Assembly: GCF_008065095.1 (NCBI RefSeq)
Contig: NZ_CP042911.1
Coordinates: forward strand, 3,015,829-3,047,828
DNA: 32,000 nt
Direction of reading: 5' to 3'
Source of the DNA: Gemmata obscuriglobus
GTDB lineage: Bacteria; Planctomycetota; Planctomycetia; Gemmatales; Gemmataceae
In this document: piece after piece, positions 18,081 to 26,106 of the stretch
Numbering within the stretch: position 1 is the stretch's first letter
Layout of the letters: each line of letters opens with the position of its first letter
The notes under the pieces: generated by a model
The model's input: only the letters and a program-made list of their open reading frames with translations
The model's database searches: none
Told to the model about the DNA's origin: nothing
Program-made: the position numbers and the translations under genes

Positions 18081-19086
18081 TCGGGCGACGCTTCCTTCCC
18101 CTCTTCTTCTTCTCGGCGCGCATCGAGCGACGCGCCGCCATTGCTTCGACCAGCAGCGGCCCGGCTACAGTGGTCACGTCAGCCAAGACCGCGGCCCGCG
18201 CGGCGTCCTCAGCGGCTCGCGCCACTTCAGCGTGGCAAAGGCCACGGGCGGCGGCAGTAATGGCCGGCCAGCGCACTTCGGACAGTGTAAACGAACTGAG
18301 TCGATTCTCAATGAGCATCCGCACCGCACCGGTGTCAGGGAGCTCGTACTCGATGACGTCGTCGAAGCGCCGAAACAGTGCGTCGTCGAGCATGCCGATG
18401 AAGTTCGTCGCCGCCACGACGATGCTGTCCGAGTCGTCGCGCTCCATGAACTGCAGAAACGAGTTGAGCACGCGACGGATCTCGCCGACGTCGTTGGACG
18501 CGTTGCGGGTGGCGCCGATCGCGTCGAACTCGTCGAACAGGTACACGCCACGGGTCTCGGCCATCGCATCGAACACGATGTGCAGTTTGGCGGCCGTCTC
18601 GCCCATGAACTTCGTTATCAGGGCGTGGAGTTGCACGAACATTAGCGGCAGCTGGCACTCTCCAGCAAGCGCCGCTGCGGTCATCGTTTTGCCGCACCCC
18701 GGGGGGCCGACCAAGAGAAGTTTTCGCCTCGGGGCCAGGCCGTGCGAGCGCAACCGCTCCCGCTGGCGCTGTTGATGGACGATGTCTTGGAGCTGCTGCT
18801 GGATGCGGCCGGGCAGCACCATGTCACTGAGCCGCGTGTTCGGGTACGAAGCGCTTACCAGGCCTGCGAGCTCTCCCGAAGGGCGCGCGATCGGGACCGC
18901 CCGGGGCGTACCCGCAGCCGCTTGCCGCCGGCTCTCTTCGACGAGCCCCCGTAACTCTTCGGCTAGGCGTGGGTTACCGTGCTTCGCGTTGTGGGCTGCG
19001 ATCTGAAGCGTAACGGCCCGGAACTGCTCATCGTTACGAGCAGAATGACTTCGAATCAGGGCTTTGAGCTGCTCAGCGGTCGCCAC
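18073..19086 (-). CDS. AAA+ ATPase, IetA-like
   Basis: 337 aa, GTG start. Walker A 'LLLVGPPGCGKT', Walker B 'VYLFDEFDAI' and sensor region 'VVAATNFIGMLDDALFRRF' are present. It is translationally coupled to the S8 peptidase. Confidence 0.8.
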   Translation of the reverse strand: MATAEQLKALIRSHSARNDEQFRAVTLQIAAHNAKHGNPRLAEELRGLVEESRRQAAAGTPRAVPIARPSGELAGLVSASYPNTRLSDMVLPGRIQQQLQDIVHQQRQRERLRSHGLAPRRKLLLVGPPGCGKTMTAAALAGECQLPLMFVQLHALITKFMGETAAKLHIVFDAMAETRGVYLFDEFDAIGATRNASNDVGEIRRVLNSFLQFMERDDSDSIVVAATNFIGMLDDALFRRFDDVIEYELPDTGAVRMLIENRLSSFTLSEVRWPAITAAARGLCHAEVARAAEDAARAAVLADVTTVAGPLLVEAMAARRSMRAEKKKRGRKRRPNE

Positions 19087-19818
19087 AACATGTTCCTTTT
19101 TCGAGACACAACCGTCTCGAACACTCCTCTTCTAACCGAGTTTACACTACTGACGAAAGCCCATCTATGCTCGTAATCCGCCAGCCTCGGAGTGGTCCGC
19201 GATGCGAGATGGTGCGCCTTTCGGACTTGCTCTCGATTTCAGTCGTGAGGTGGCCCACCCCGGCCCGTCCCTCACCATGATGCGCCCCAAATGAGTTCGG
19301 CGCGACACCTTAATCGCAGCGGTCGAGGTGGCAGAGTGGGACCGCATGCGCTGGCCAGTTCCCCAGGTACTGGAAACTCTGGGAAACGAGTCCATCTCCC
19401 CGATTCATCGCATCAGCGTGGCGGCTTCGGCGATCCGTGCGTTGTGGCGGCGCGATCTCCCGCGCCACGCACGCCAAGCGTTCCTGTTTGGCGTCCTGGG
19501 GTGGGGATCTTTGCCCGATCGACCGTGCCAGCAAATCACGATACCCGTCAAAGCTGACTGAAAGCTCAAACTCATCATGCACCTCGTCCGTCGCAGCGCG
19601 AATTTGGCGTTTCGGCTATTCAGGCGTGACGATGCAACGCAGAAATGTGATTTGATGGTCAGTAACGGGGCGAATCAATGCCACCCCGCTGAATTCTCGC
19701 AAAAACGTTACAACCGGGACTCGCAACCAGTTTGTCGACTTGCTTTCAGTCTCGAAGACGAAAATTTGCCCTCTGCTAGCTGTGGAATTCCGTATAGTCG
19801 AGTGGTGGTTTTACATTC

Positions 19819-22800
19819 TTGAATGGTCGAGCCCACGACGTGACAACCTTACTTTACTACCCCGCAATCGAGAGTCGTCGTGGCCAGTATTTAGGCAGCC
19901 CGATCGTGAGGTTGCAGCAGCCTGCGGGGGTGGCCGAGGGTTTGCTCGAACCGCTACTGAATCGCGGCGCCGACTGGTCGACGTTTACTCCCGGCCCCGC
20001 CTCCCCTCTTCCCGACCCCGTGCTCATCGCGCCGCGGGCGACTGCAGCCAAAGGGCTGCCGGCGCAGATCCTCATCACGGCCGACGGAAAGTTGCCGCCG
20101 GCCTCCCGTGACGGGTGCCGGTGGTTTCGTCCAGCTCCACACGGGTTCTCTGCGGACCTAGCCGCGTGCGAGGCCGAGTGCGCGTCCATCCTGGACTCGT
20201 GGGTCGGCAGCTTTTCTTTCAAGGCGGAGCGGCGAACCGGCCAGACGGTCCTCGAGCGCGGGCTCCGTCCGCCGCAGATCGGTGCGCTCTACGCCGCGCT
20301 GGCTCACTGGACGGTGACCAATGATCCGGCCACCGTCGTGATGCCCACCGGCACCGGCAAAACCGAAACCATGCTCGGGTTGCTCGTGGCCGACCGGCTC
20401 CGGCGCGTGCTCGTCATCGTCCCCACGGACGCGCTGCGCGATCAGTTGAGCACGAAATTCCTGTCGCTCGGAATTTTAAAGAGTGCGGGCGTGGTCGCGT
20501 CAGGCGCCCTTTTGCCCGTTGTGGGGACGTTGCGCCGCAAGCCGACCACGGTGCAGGAGGTGGACGAGTTCTTTTCACGCTGCAACGTCGTGGTGACGAC
20601 CGCGCAAATTGCCGGGGCGTGCGTGCCCGATGTGCTCGCGCGGATGGCCGCGGTCTGCAGTCACCTCTTCGTGGACGAGGCGCACCACGTGCGGGCTCCG
20701 ACCTGGGAACGGATCCGGACGGCGTTCACCGGCAAAGGGGTTCTTCAGTTTACGGCCACGCCGTTTCGAGGCGACGGCCGACTCGTCGACGGGAAAGTCA
20801 TTTACAACTACCCGTTGCGGAAAGCACAGCAGGACGGCTACTTTCGCCCGATCCGGTTCCGGCCCGTCGAGGATTACGACGAGGACCAGAGCGACAAGTG
20901 CATCGCCGCCGAAGCCCTCGCACAGCTAGAAGACGACTTGCGGGCGGGGCGCGACCATTTGCTCATGGCGCGCTGCTCGAACATCACGCGCGCGGAAAAG
21001 GTCTTCGAGATTTACAAGAAGCTGGCAGCGGGCCACCAACCCGTCCTCGCCCACAGTGAGCTGTCGGCGAACCAGAAGCGATCGGCCGTTGAGGCCTTGC
21101 GCAACCGGACGACGCGGGTCGTCGTGTGCGTCGACATGTTCGGGGAGGGCTTCGACCTGCCGCAGCTGAAGGTTGCCGCCCTCCACGACGTGCACAAGAG
21201 CCTGGCCGTGACGCTCCAGTTCACCGGGCGCTTCACGCGGACCGAGGACGGGGTCGGCGAAGCGACGATAGTCGCCAACATCGGTAACGTCGATGTGGGC
21301 GGCGCCCTCCAGGACCTTTATGCCGAGGACCCGGACTGGAACCTCCTGTTGCGCGAGCTGTCGGAGGCGGCCACCGGCGGGCAGGTGCTGCGGTCGGAGT
21401 TCCTCCAAGGGTTTACGAACCTGCCCGACCGCATCCCGCTCCAAAACATCTTCCCCAAGATGAGCACGGTGGCGTTCGAAACCTCGTGCCCGCGGTGGAT
21501 GCCCGAAGCGATCGAGCGGGTCGTCAGGAACCTGTACGACGAGCCCGCGGTGCACCCGCGCGAGAACGTCGCAATCTTCGTCACGCGCGAGCAGTTCCCG
21601 GTGGTGTGGGGCGACGTGCGCGGCATCAGCGACGTCGTCTACGAGCTGTACATCGTGCACTGGGACGACGCGCAGAACCTCCTCTACATCCACAGCTCGG
21701 ACAACGGGACGGCCCACGAGGACATCGCCAAAGCCGTCTGCGGCCCTGATGCCGCTGCGGTGACTGGCGAGCGCGTGTTTCGAGCCCTTCACGGGGTCAA
21801 CCGTCTGATCCTGACCAACCTCGGGCTCGGTCACTCACTGAGCCGCGCGGTCCGCTTCACGATGCACGTGGGGCCCGACATCCGCGAGGGCCTCACCGAG
21901 ATGCACGCGAAGAACAAGTACAAGACGAACCTCTTCGGTCGCGGCTACGAGGGCGGAGAGAAGGTGAGCATCGGCTGCTCGAAGAAGGGGCGCATTTGGT
22001 CGTTCCACTCGGCCGAGGACGTGCACGACTGGCTCCGCTGGTGCCGGGCGATCGGGCCGAAACTCAAAGACAACACCATCGACGTCGCTGGGCTCCTGAA
22101 GGGGGCGATGGTGACCAAGCCAGTCTCGGCTCGGCCGACCAAAGTCCCTATCACCATCGAGTGGTCCGAGGACCTGCTGTGCCGCGACGAGGACGCCGTC
22201 CAGTTCGAGGTGGCCAACGTGCGCGCCCCCTTTTACGAGGTGGAACTGGAGCTCGTGGGCCATTCCGACACGGACCCGATCCGGTTTCGCATCTCTTCGG
22301 ACGTCTGGCCCCTGCCCGTTGAGTTCGAGGTCCGCCTCTCCGCCGACCGCGTCGAGTACGTCCCCGCGACCGGCACCGACCCGAACGTGATCGTCGGCCG
22401 ACGCACCCTGGCGCTTACGAAGTACTTGAAGCAAGAGCCACCGGTGATCCGCTTCCACGACGGCGCGTTTCTCATCGGCAACGACCTGTTCGAGGCGAAC
22501 GTCACGTCTCGCGTCCCGTTCGACCCGTCTCGCATCGCGACGTGGGCCTGGACCGGGGTAAACCTTAAGGTCGAATCGCAGCGACAAACCAAGCGTACCG
22601 ATTCGATCCAGCGCCATGTGATCGAGCACCTACTCTCGACAACAGCCCCGAACAAATTTGAGGTCATCTTCGATGACGACGCGTCCGGAGAAGCGGCTGA
22701 CATCGTGGCCCTGAGGACTGCGTCGGGCCGTCTGCTCGTGCAGCTCTACCACTGCAAGTACTCCAAAGACCTGAACCCAAGTAACCGGCTCGAGGACCTG

Positions 22801-23118
22801 TACGAGGTGTGCGGACAAGCGCAGCGGAGCGTCTATTGGAAGGGGCAGCCGGAGCGGTTGATCGAACACCTGATCCTCCGCGAGACGAGGAGACTCAAGA
22901 AGGGCGGCGTCTCCCGCTTCGAGCTCGGGGACATGCGAGCGCTCAAGCGGCTCAAGGGCCTGCTGCAGCAGATGACGTGCGAGTTCGAAATCTTCATCGT
23001 TCAGCCCGGCCTATCAGTAGCACAGGCCGAGGCGAGCCAGCTGGATCTGCTGGCGGCGACCGAGCTTTACTTGAGCGAAACGTACAACGCCAAGCTCCGC
23101 GTGATAGCCAGCGTCTGA
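19819..23118 (+). CDS. SF2 (DEAH, ResIII-like) helicase with ~580-aa C-terminal extension ending in a putative Mrr/PD-(D/E)xK-like module
   Basis: Helicase motifs: 'VVMPTGTGKTE' (I), 'LFVDEAHHV' (II), 'LQFTATPFRGDG' (III), 'VCVDMFGEGFDLPQL' (V), 'LQFTGRFTR' (VI). The C-terminus reads 'FDDDASGEAADIVAL...LLVQLYHCKYS'. There is no ATG before motif I, so the start (TTG 19819 or a GTG up to about 20020) is uncertain. Confidence 0.75.
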   Translation: MNGRAHDVTTLLYYPAIESRRGQYLGSPIVRLQQPAGVAEGLLEPLLNRGADWSTFTPGPASPLPDPVLIAPRATAAKGLPAQILITADGKLPPASRDGCRWFRPAPHGFSADLAACEAECASILDSWVGSFSFKAERRTGQTVLERGLRPPQIGALYAALAHWTVTNDPATVVMPTGTGKTETMLGLLVADRLRRVLVIVPTDALRDQLSTKFLSLGILKSAGVVASGALLPVVGTLRRKPTTVQEVDEFFSRCNVVVTTAQIAGACVPDVLARMAAVCSHLFVDEAHHVRAPTWERIRTAFTGKGVLQFTATPFRGDGRLVDGKVIYNYPLRKAQQDGYFRPIRFRPVEDYDEDQSDKCIAAEALAQLEDDLRAGRDHLLMARCSNITRAEKVFEIYKKLAAGHQPVLAHSELSANQKRSAVEALRNRTTRVVVCVDMFGEGFDLPQLKVAALHDVHKSLAVTLQFTGRFTRTEDGVGEATIVANIGNVDVGGALQDLYAEDPDWNLLLRELSEAATGGQVLRSEFLQGFTNLPDRIPLQNIFPKMSTVAFETSCPRWMPEAIERVVRNLYDEPAVHPRENVAIFVTREQFPVVWGDVRGISDVVYELYIVHWDDAQNLLYIHSSDNGTAHEDIAKAVCGPDAAAVTGERVFRALHGVNRLILTNLGLGHSLSRAVRFTMHVGPDIREGLTEMHAKNKYKTNLFGRGYEGGEKVSIGCSKKGRIWSFHSAEDVHDWLRWCRAIGPKLKDNTIDVAGLLKGAMVTKPVSARPTKVPITIEWSEDLLCRDEDAVQFEVANVRAPFYEVELELVGHSDTDPIRFRISSDVWPLPVEFEVRLSADRVEYVPATGTDPNVIVGRRTLALTKYLKQEPPVIRFHDGAFLIGNDLFEANVTSRVPFDPSRIATWAWTGVNLKVESQRQTKRTDSIQRHVIEHLLSTTAPNKFEVIFDDDASGEAADIVALRTASGRLLVQLYHCKYSKDLNPSNRLEDLYEVCGQAQRSVYWKGQPERLIEHLILRETRRLKKGGVSRFELGDMRALKRLKGLLQQMTCEFEIFIVQPGLSVAQAEASQLDLLAATELYLSETYNAKLRVIASV

Positions 23119-23226
23119 ATCACTTTTTCGGCAAGCTCGTTAGCGGTCGGCCTCCTTGCCCGAAGCAAAAACCACTTGCCCATGTGATCAGCAAAGAGGC
23201 ATCAGTTCCCTCAGCGACGCTCAAGC

Positions 23227-23844
23227 TCAAGCGCCTCTGCCGAGCTTCTTTCGAAGCGCTTGCAGCAGAGCGTTTTTGATCTCTAGCGGGTACGCACGAG
23301 CCGTCGGAGTTCCCCACCTTCCCCGCTTCGGAAGCGAATGAGGGTCGAGCTCACCTCTCACCTCGTGCGCGAGCAGCAGCAGCGCATGAATCAATTCGTT
23401 GGCCTTCGTGTCGCGCTGCCCGCTCCCGCTCCGGATCAGATCGAGCAACTCCTCGGACATGCGGAGCGCCTCGGGCGACATGTTGATCTCGCGCCGGGGG
23501 CCGGTGTGCCGCGGGGGCCGAGACTCGACAAGGGGTGGCTGCTCTGCCGCCGCCTGAGAAACGACCGGTGGAGGTGGAAGCAGTTCCCCCACTTTGTGCG
23601 CGTCGGCATTCGCCGAAATCGTTGAAGGGGTGAATGCGGGTACCGAACCGATTGGCGGGGGCTCGCTGAAAACCTTTGGCTTCAGGATCACAGGTGCGGC
23701 ACGACTCGGGGCGGCCGGCTCCCCTACCCGCTTCGGCGCCACCGGACTCGGCCCCACTTCCGCCAAGTAGTCGCCGAGGTCGGTTATCGGGGCCACATCC
23801 AAGGTGAACGTGTCAGAGAGGCCGGGCCGGTACTTGTTAGCCAT
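23227..23844 (-). CDS. Partition-operon partner protein (possible centromere-binding adaptor), Pro-rich, function inferred from position only
   Basis: ATG at 23844 ('MANKYRPGL') overlaps the parA stop by 8 nt. The middle is Pro/Ala-rich. The C-terminal 'REINMSPEALRMSEELLDLIRSG...ANELIHALLLLA' could form a ribbon-helix-helix, but I see no ParB box. Confidence 0.5.
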   Translation of the reverse strand: MANKYRPGLSDTFTLDVAPITDLGDYLAEVGPSPVAPKRVGEPAAPSRAAPVILKPKVFSEPPPIGSVPAFTPSTISANADAHKVGELLPPPPVVSQAAAEQPPLVESRPPRHTGPRREINMSPEALRMSEELLDLIRSGSGQRDTKANELIHALLLLAHEVRGELDPHSLPKRGRWGTPTARAYPLEIKNALLQALRKKLGRGA

Positions 23845-24793
23845 TGACTGTCTCCACATCCTCCAAGCCGGAGTCGATCACCTGCTCGACGAGTTCGGTA
23901 CCCGGGAACGGGTTCAGCGTTGCGCCGAACGCGCCCTTGGCGCCACGGTTGATCATCTCCTTGACGAGCGCCGCACAGTTGGCCGCCTGCTCCTTCGCAT
24001 CCGGGTGTTCGAAAATCGTGATGCCCCGCTCCGTCGATTCCCGGAAGCGCACCGAGCGACCGATGGTTGTTGCGAACACGAGCGCCGGAGTGAACCGCTT
24101 ACATAGGGCCACATGAATCTCTTTATCAAGGATTGCCTTACGGTCGTAGTTTCCGAGCAGCACCCCGGCGAGACTAAGGCCCGGGTTGTACGATTTTCGA
24201 ATCTTCTCGACGGTCCTCGTGATCACCTGTAGCGCCTTCAGATCGTACCCGCTCGGGAACGTCGGGATCACGCACCAGTCGGCGGCGACGAGGGCCGAGG
24301 TCATCAGGAACCCGAGGTTCGGGGGCGTGTCGATGAGGACCACGTCGAACCGGCCCCGTAGCGAGTCGAGCGACGCCCGCAGTCGGAACCGGTGCTCGTG
24401 GCGCAGCTCCTCCATGCTATCTTCGCTGATGCCGTTGTGAACCAGGAGCCCGAACACCTCTCGCTCCAAACGGATTTCGACGGACGAGAGCGCGCGGTGG
24501 CCCGGCACGACGGAGATGAGGCCGCCGAACCGGTCCTCCGGTGTGACCGCGATTTGGGCCGCCGGAACCTTCGACAGGTACGCGTCGGCAAGCGTGTACC
24601 GCCGCTGCCGGATCATCGCATCGGGATCGACGCCCAAATTGCCGGTGGAATCACACTGCGGGTCGGTGTCGACCACGCACACAGAGTAACCAGACGCCGC
24701 AAACGCTGCGGCGGTAGAAACGAGAGAGCTCGTTTTCCCGCACCCCCCTTTCTGGTTCGCAAACACAATGACCTGAGTCTCTCGAAATTTCAT
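23837..24793 (-). CDS. parA: ParA/Soj-family partition ATPase
   Basis: The deviant Walker A 'VFANQKGGCGKTS' is present, along with 'VVDTDPQ' and 'VLIDTPPNLG'. Confidence 0.9.
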   Translation of the reverse strand: MKFRETQVIVFANQKGGCGKTSSLVSTAAAFAASGYSVCVVDTDPQCDSTGNLGVDPDAMIRQRRYTLADAYLSKVPAAQIAVTPEDRFGGLISVVPGHRALSSVEIRLEREVFGLLVHNGISEDSMEELRHEHRFRLRASLDSLRGRFDVVLIDTPPNLGFLMTSALVAADWCVIPTFPSGYDLKALQVITRTVEKIRKSYNPGLSLAGVLLGNYDRKAILDKEIHVALCKRFTPALVFATTIGRSVRFRESTERGITIFEHPDAKEQAANCAALVKEMINRGAKGAFGATLNPFPGTELVEQVIDSGLEDVETVNG

Positions 24794-24840
24794 ATCCTCG
24801 ATACGCCCGCCCCGGAAAACCTAAACACGGGCCAAGTATT

Positions 24841-25053
24841 CCGGTACTCCGGAGGACCGGACAAGAGGGAAAATGCATCCGGCAACGAGTCCCCCACTAC
24901 ACCGGGGATACGAGTGCCGGCGCTCCAATCCCGCTCAGCTTTCCCCCGGTACACCGGGCCTCATTCAAGCGAACTGTTTTCGCATCACTTTTGGTCCCCC
25001 GGAGTACCGGCAGACACAGCGCCTGCCCCCTCTTCTACCCCCCGGTGCACCGG
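24841..25053. repeat. Array 1 of CCCCCGG-N4-CCGG motifs (5 copies); candidate centromere / parA operator
   Basis: Copies start near 24841, 24891, 24943, 24996 and 25038. First-CCGG spacing is 52, 53, 53 and 43 bp. Spacers are unrelated. The array lies immediately upstream of the parA start. Confidence 0.7.
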
Positions 25054-25086
25054 AGGACGCGCAGCCGACGAAGGTCGCGAGGTCTC

Positions 25087-25105
25087 GTACCGGGATTTCG
25101 GGCAT
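25087..25105 (+). repeat. Solitary copy of the 19-bp iteron, located between the two CCGG arrays
   Basis: GTACCGGGATTTCGGGCAT matches the consensus of the cluster at 25792..25983. Confidence 0.6.
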
Positions 25106-25263
25106 ACCTAATTTGGCCCAGAACGATTTTGAGCTCGCCCCCTACCCTCGACGTCGGATCAGCCCTCGGAATCCTCACTTCGCGCCTGTCAGGCGGTTTA
25201 ACGACGCACCAAGCTGCGGATCTCGATCAGTTTTTCTTGCGCCCGGCAGCGATCTGCCCCACT

Positions 25264-25646
25264 CCCCCGGTACACCGGCACACCGAGTTGCCCCGACCGG
25301 CCCGTTGGGACGGACTCCCCCGGGCTACCGGGGAACCGAAAGAGGCCCTGGCGTGACGCCGCGTGGGCAGTCGATCGGTCCCCCGGAGCACCGGGGCTCA
25401 ACTGAGTGAGGTCTCCGGCCGAAATGCGACTCCCCCGGCACACCGGGGCACCGGCTCGCTGCCGTGTGGCCAGGAGAAAAATAGTTCCCACGCTGCTGCT
25501 GCTACCCCCGGTACTCCGGTCCACCGGGGGACAGGCCTGAAAGCCCAGAGCCGAAACCCAACGAACGCCCCTGAGAGCCCCGGGGCGCCGGGGGACACGA
25601 GCGCGCCCGCCTCAAACCGTGCACTCCGGTCCACCGGGGCACCGGG
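25264..25646. repeat. Array 2 of CCCCCGG-N4-CCGG(-N4-CCGG) motifs (7 copies)
   Basis: Copies start near 25264, 25317, 25380, 25432, 25505, 25578 and 25624. Several are extended to three CCGG units. Spacing is 53, 63, 52, 73, 72 and 46 bp. Confidence 0.7.
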
Positions 25647-25791
25647 ACACTATTTCGAATGACAGGTACCGCTGCTGGTGGTAAATGGTTCAACACGGTT
25701 AAAGTACCGTCACGAGACTGGCGCCATTCGCTTGCGGGCCATGCGGCCGATTGCGTTGGCCCAGAGGCCGAAGCGGGGGAGTGGGGCTGCG

Positions 25792-25983
25792 GTACCAGGA
25801 TTTCGGGCACATATGTACTGGGAAACGGGGCACGCTTCACGATCGCGAACGGTCGGAAGAGGGGAGTACTGGGATTTCGGGCAGGCGTACCGGGACTTCG
25901 GACACAACCCTACCGGGATTTGGGGCACAGGGTACCGGGATTTGGGACGCACGATTTAGCTCGAGTACCGGGAATCGGGGCAC
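25792..25983 (+). repeat. Seven direct 19-bp iterons (consensus GTACYGGGAWTTSGGGCAC); candidate oriV Rep-binding sites
   Basis: Copies lie at 25792, 25815, 25866, 25887, 25910, 25932 and 25965, all in the same orientation. Most centre-to-centre spacing is 21-23 bp. The cluster lies 120-310 bp upstream of the rep start. Confidence 0.75.
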
Positions 25984-26035
25984 GAAGTACCCCCTTAACT
26001 ACTTGGATTTGCTGAGGAAACGGACCGACAACTCT

Positions 26036-26088
26036 GTTCTTTTAAACATGTATAAAAATACAATAACTCGTGGTGGTCTTTTTTTAAG
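26036..26088. other. AT-rich tract (candidate DNA-unwinding element / rep promoter)
   Basis: 'GTTCTTTTAAACATGTATAAAAATACAATAACTCG...TCTTTTTTTAAGG' is the most AT-rich stretch in the window. It lies between the iterons and rep. Confidence 0.55.
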
Positions 26089-26106
26089 GTGAGATTCAGG
26101 AGGAAC

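Noticed and set aside
23119-23226. Possible bidirectional terminator between the convergent helicase and par-partner genes
   Set aside because: I found only a 4-bp stem (TTGC-CCGA-GCAA) and no convincing GC-rich hairpin with a T-run, so the support is insufficient.
24794-26088. Possible CRISPR array or coding ORFs in the repeat-rich region (e.g. 24873..25409, 24991..25356, 25363..25662, 25659..26015)
   Set aside because: The repeats are only about 12-23 bp, degenerate and irregularly spaced, and no cas genes are present, so this is not a CRISPR array. The overlapping ORFs translate the repeats into Pro/Gly/Arg-rich strings in several frames on both strands, which points to non-coding repeat DNA between par and rep.
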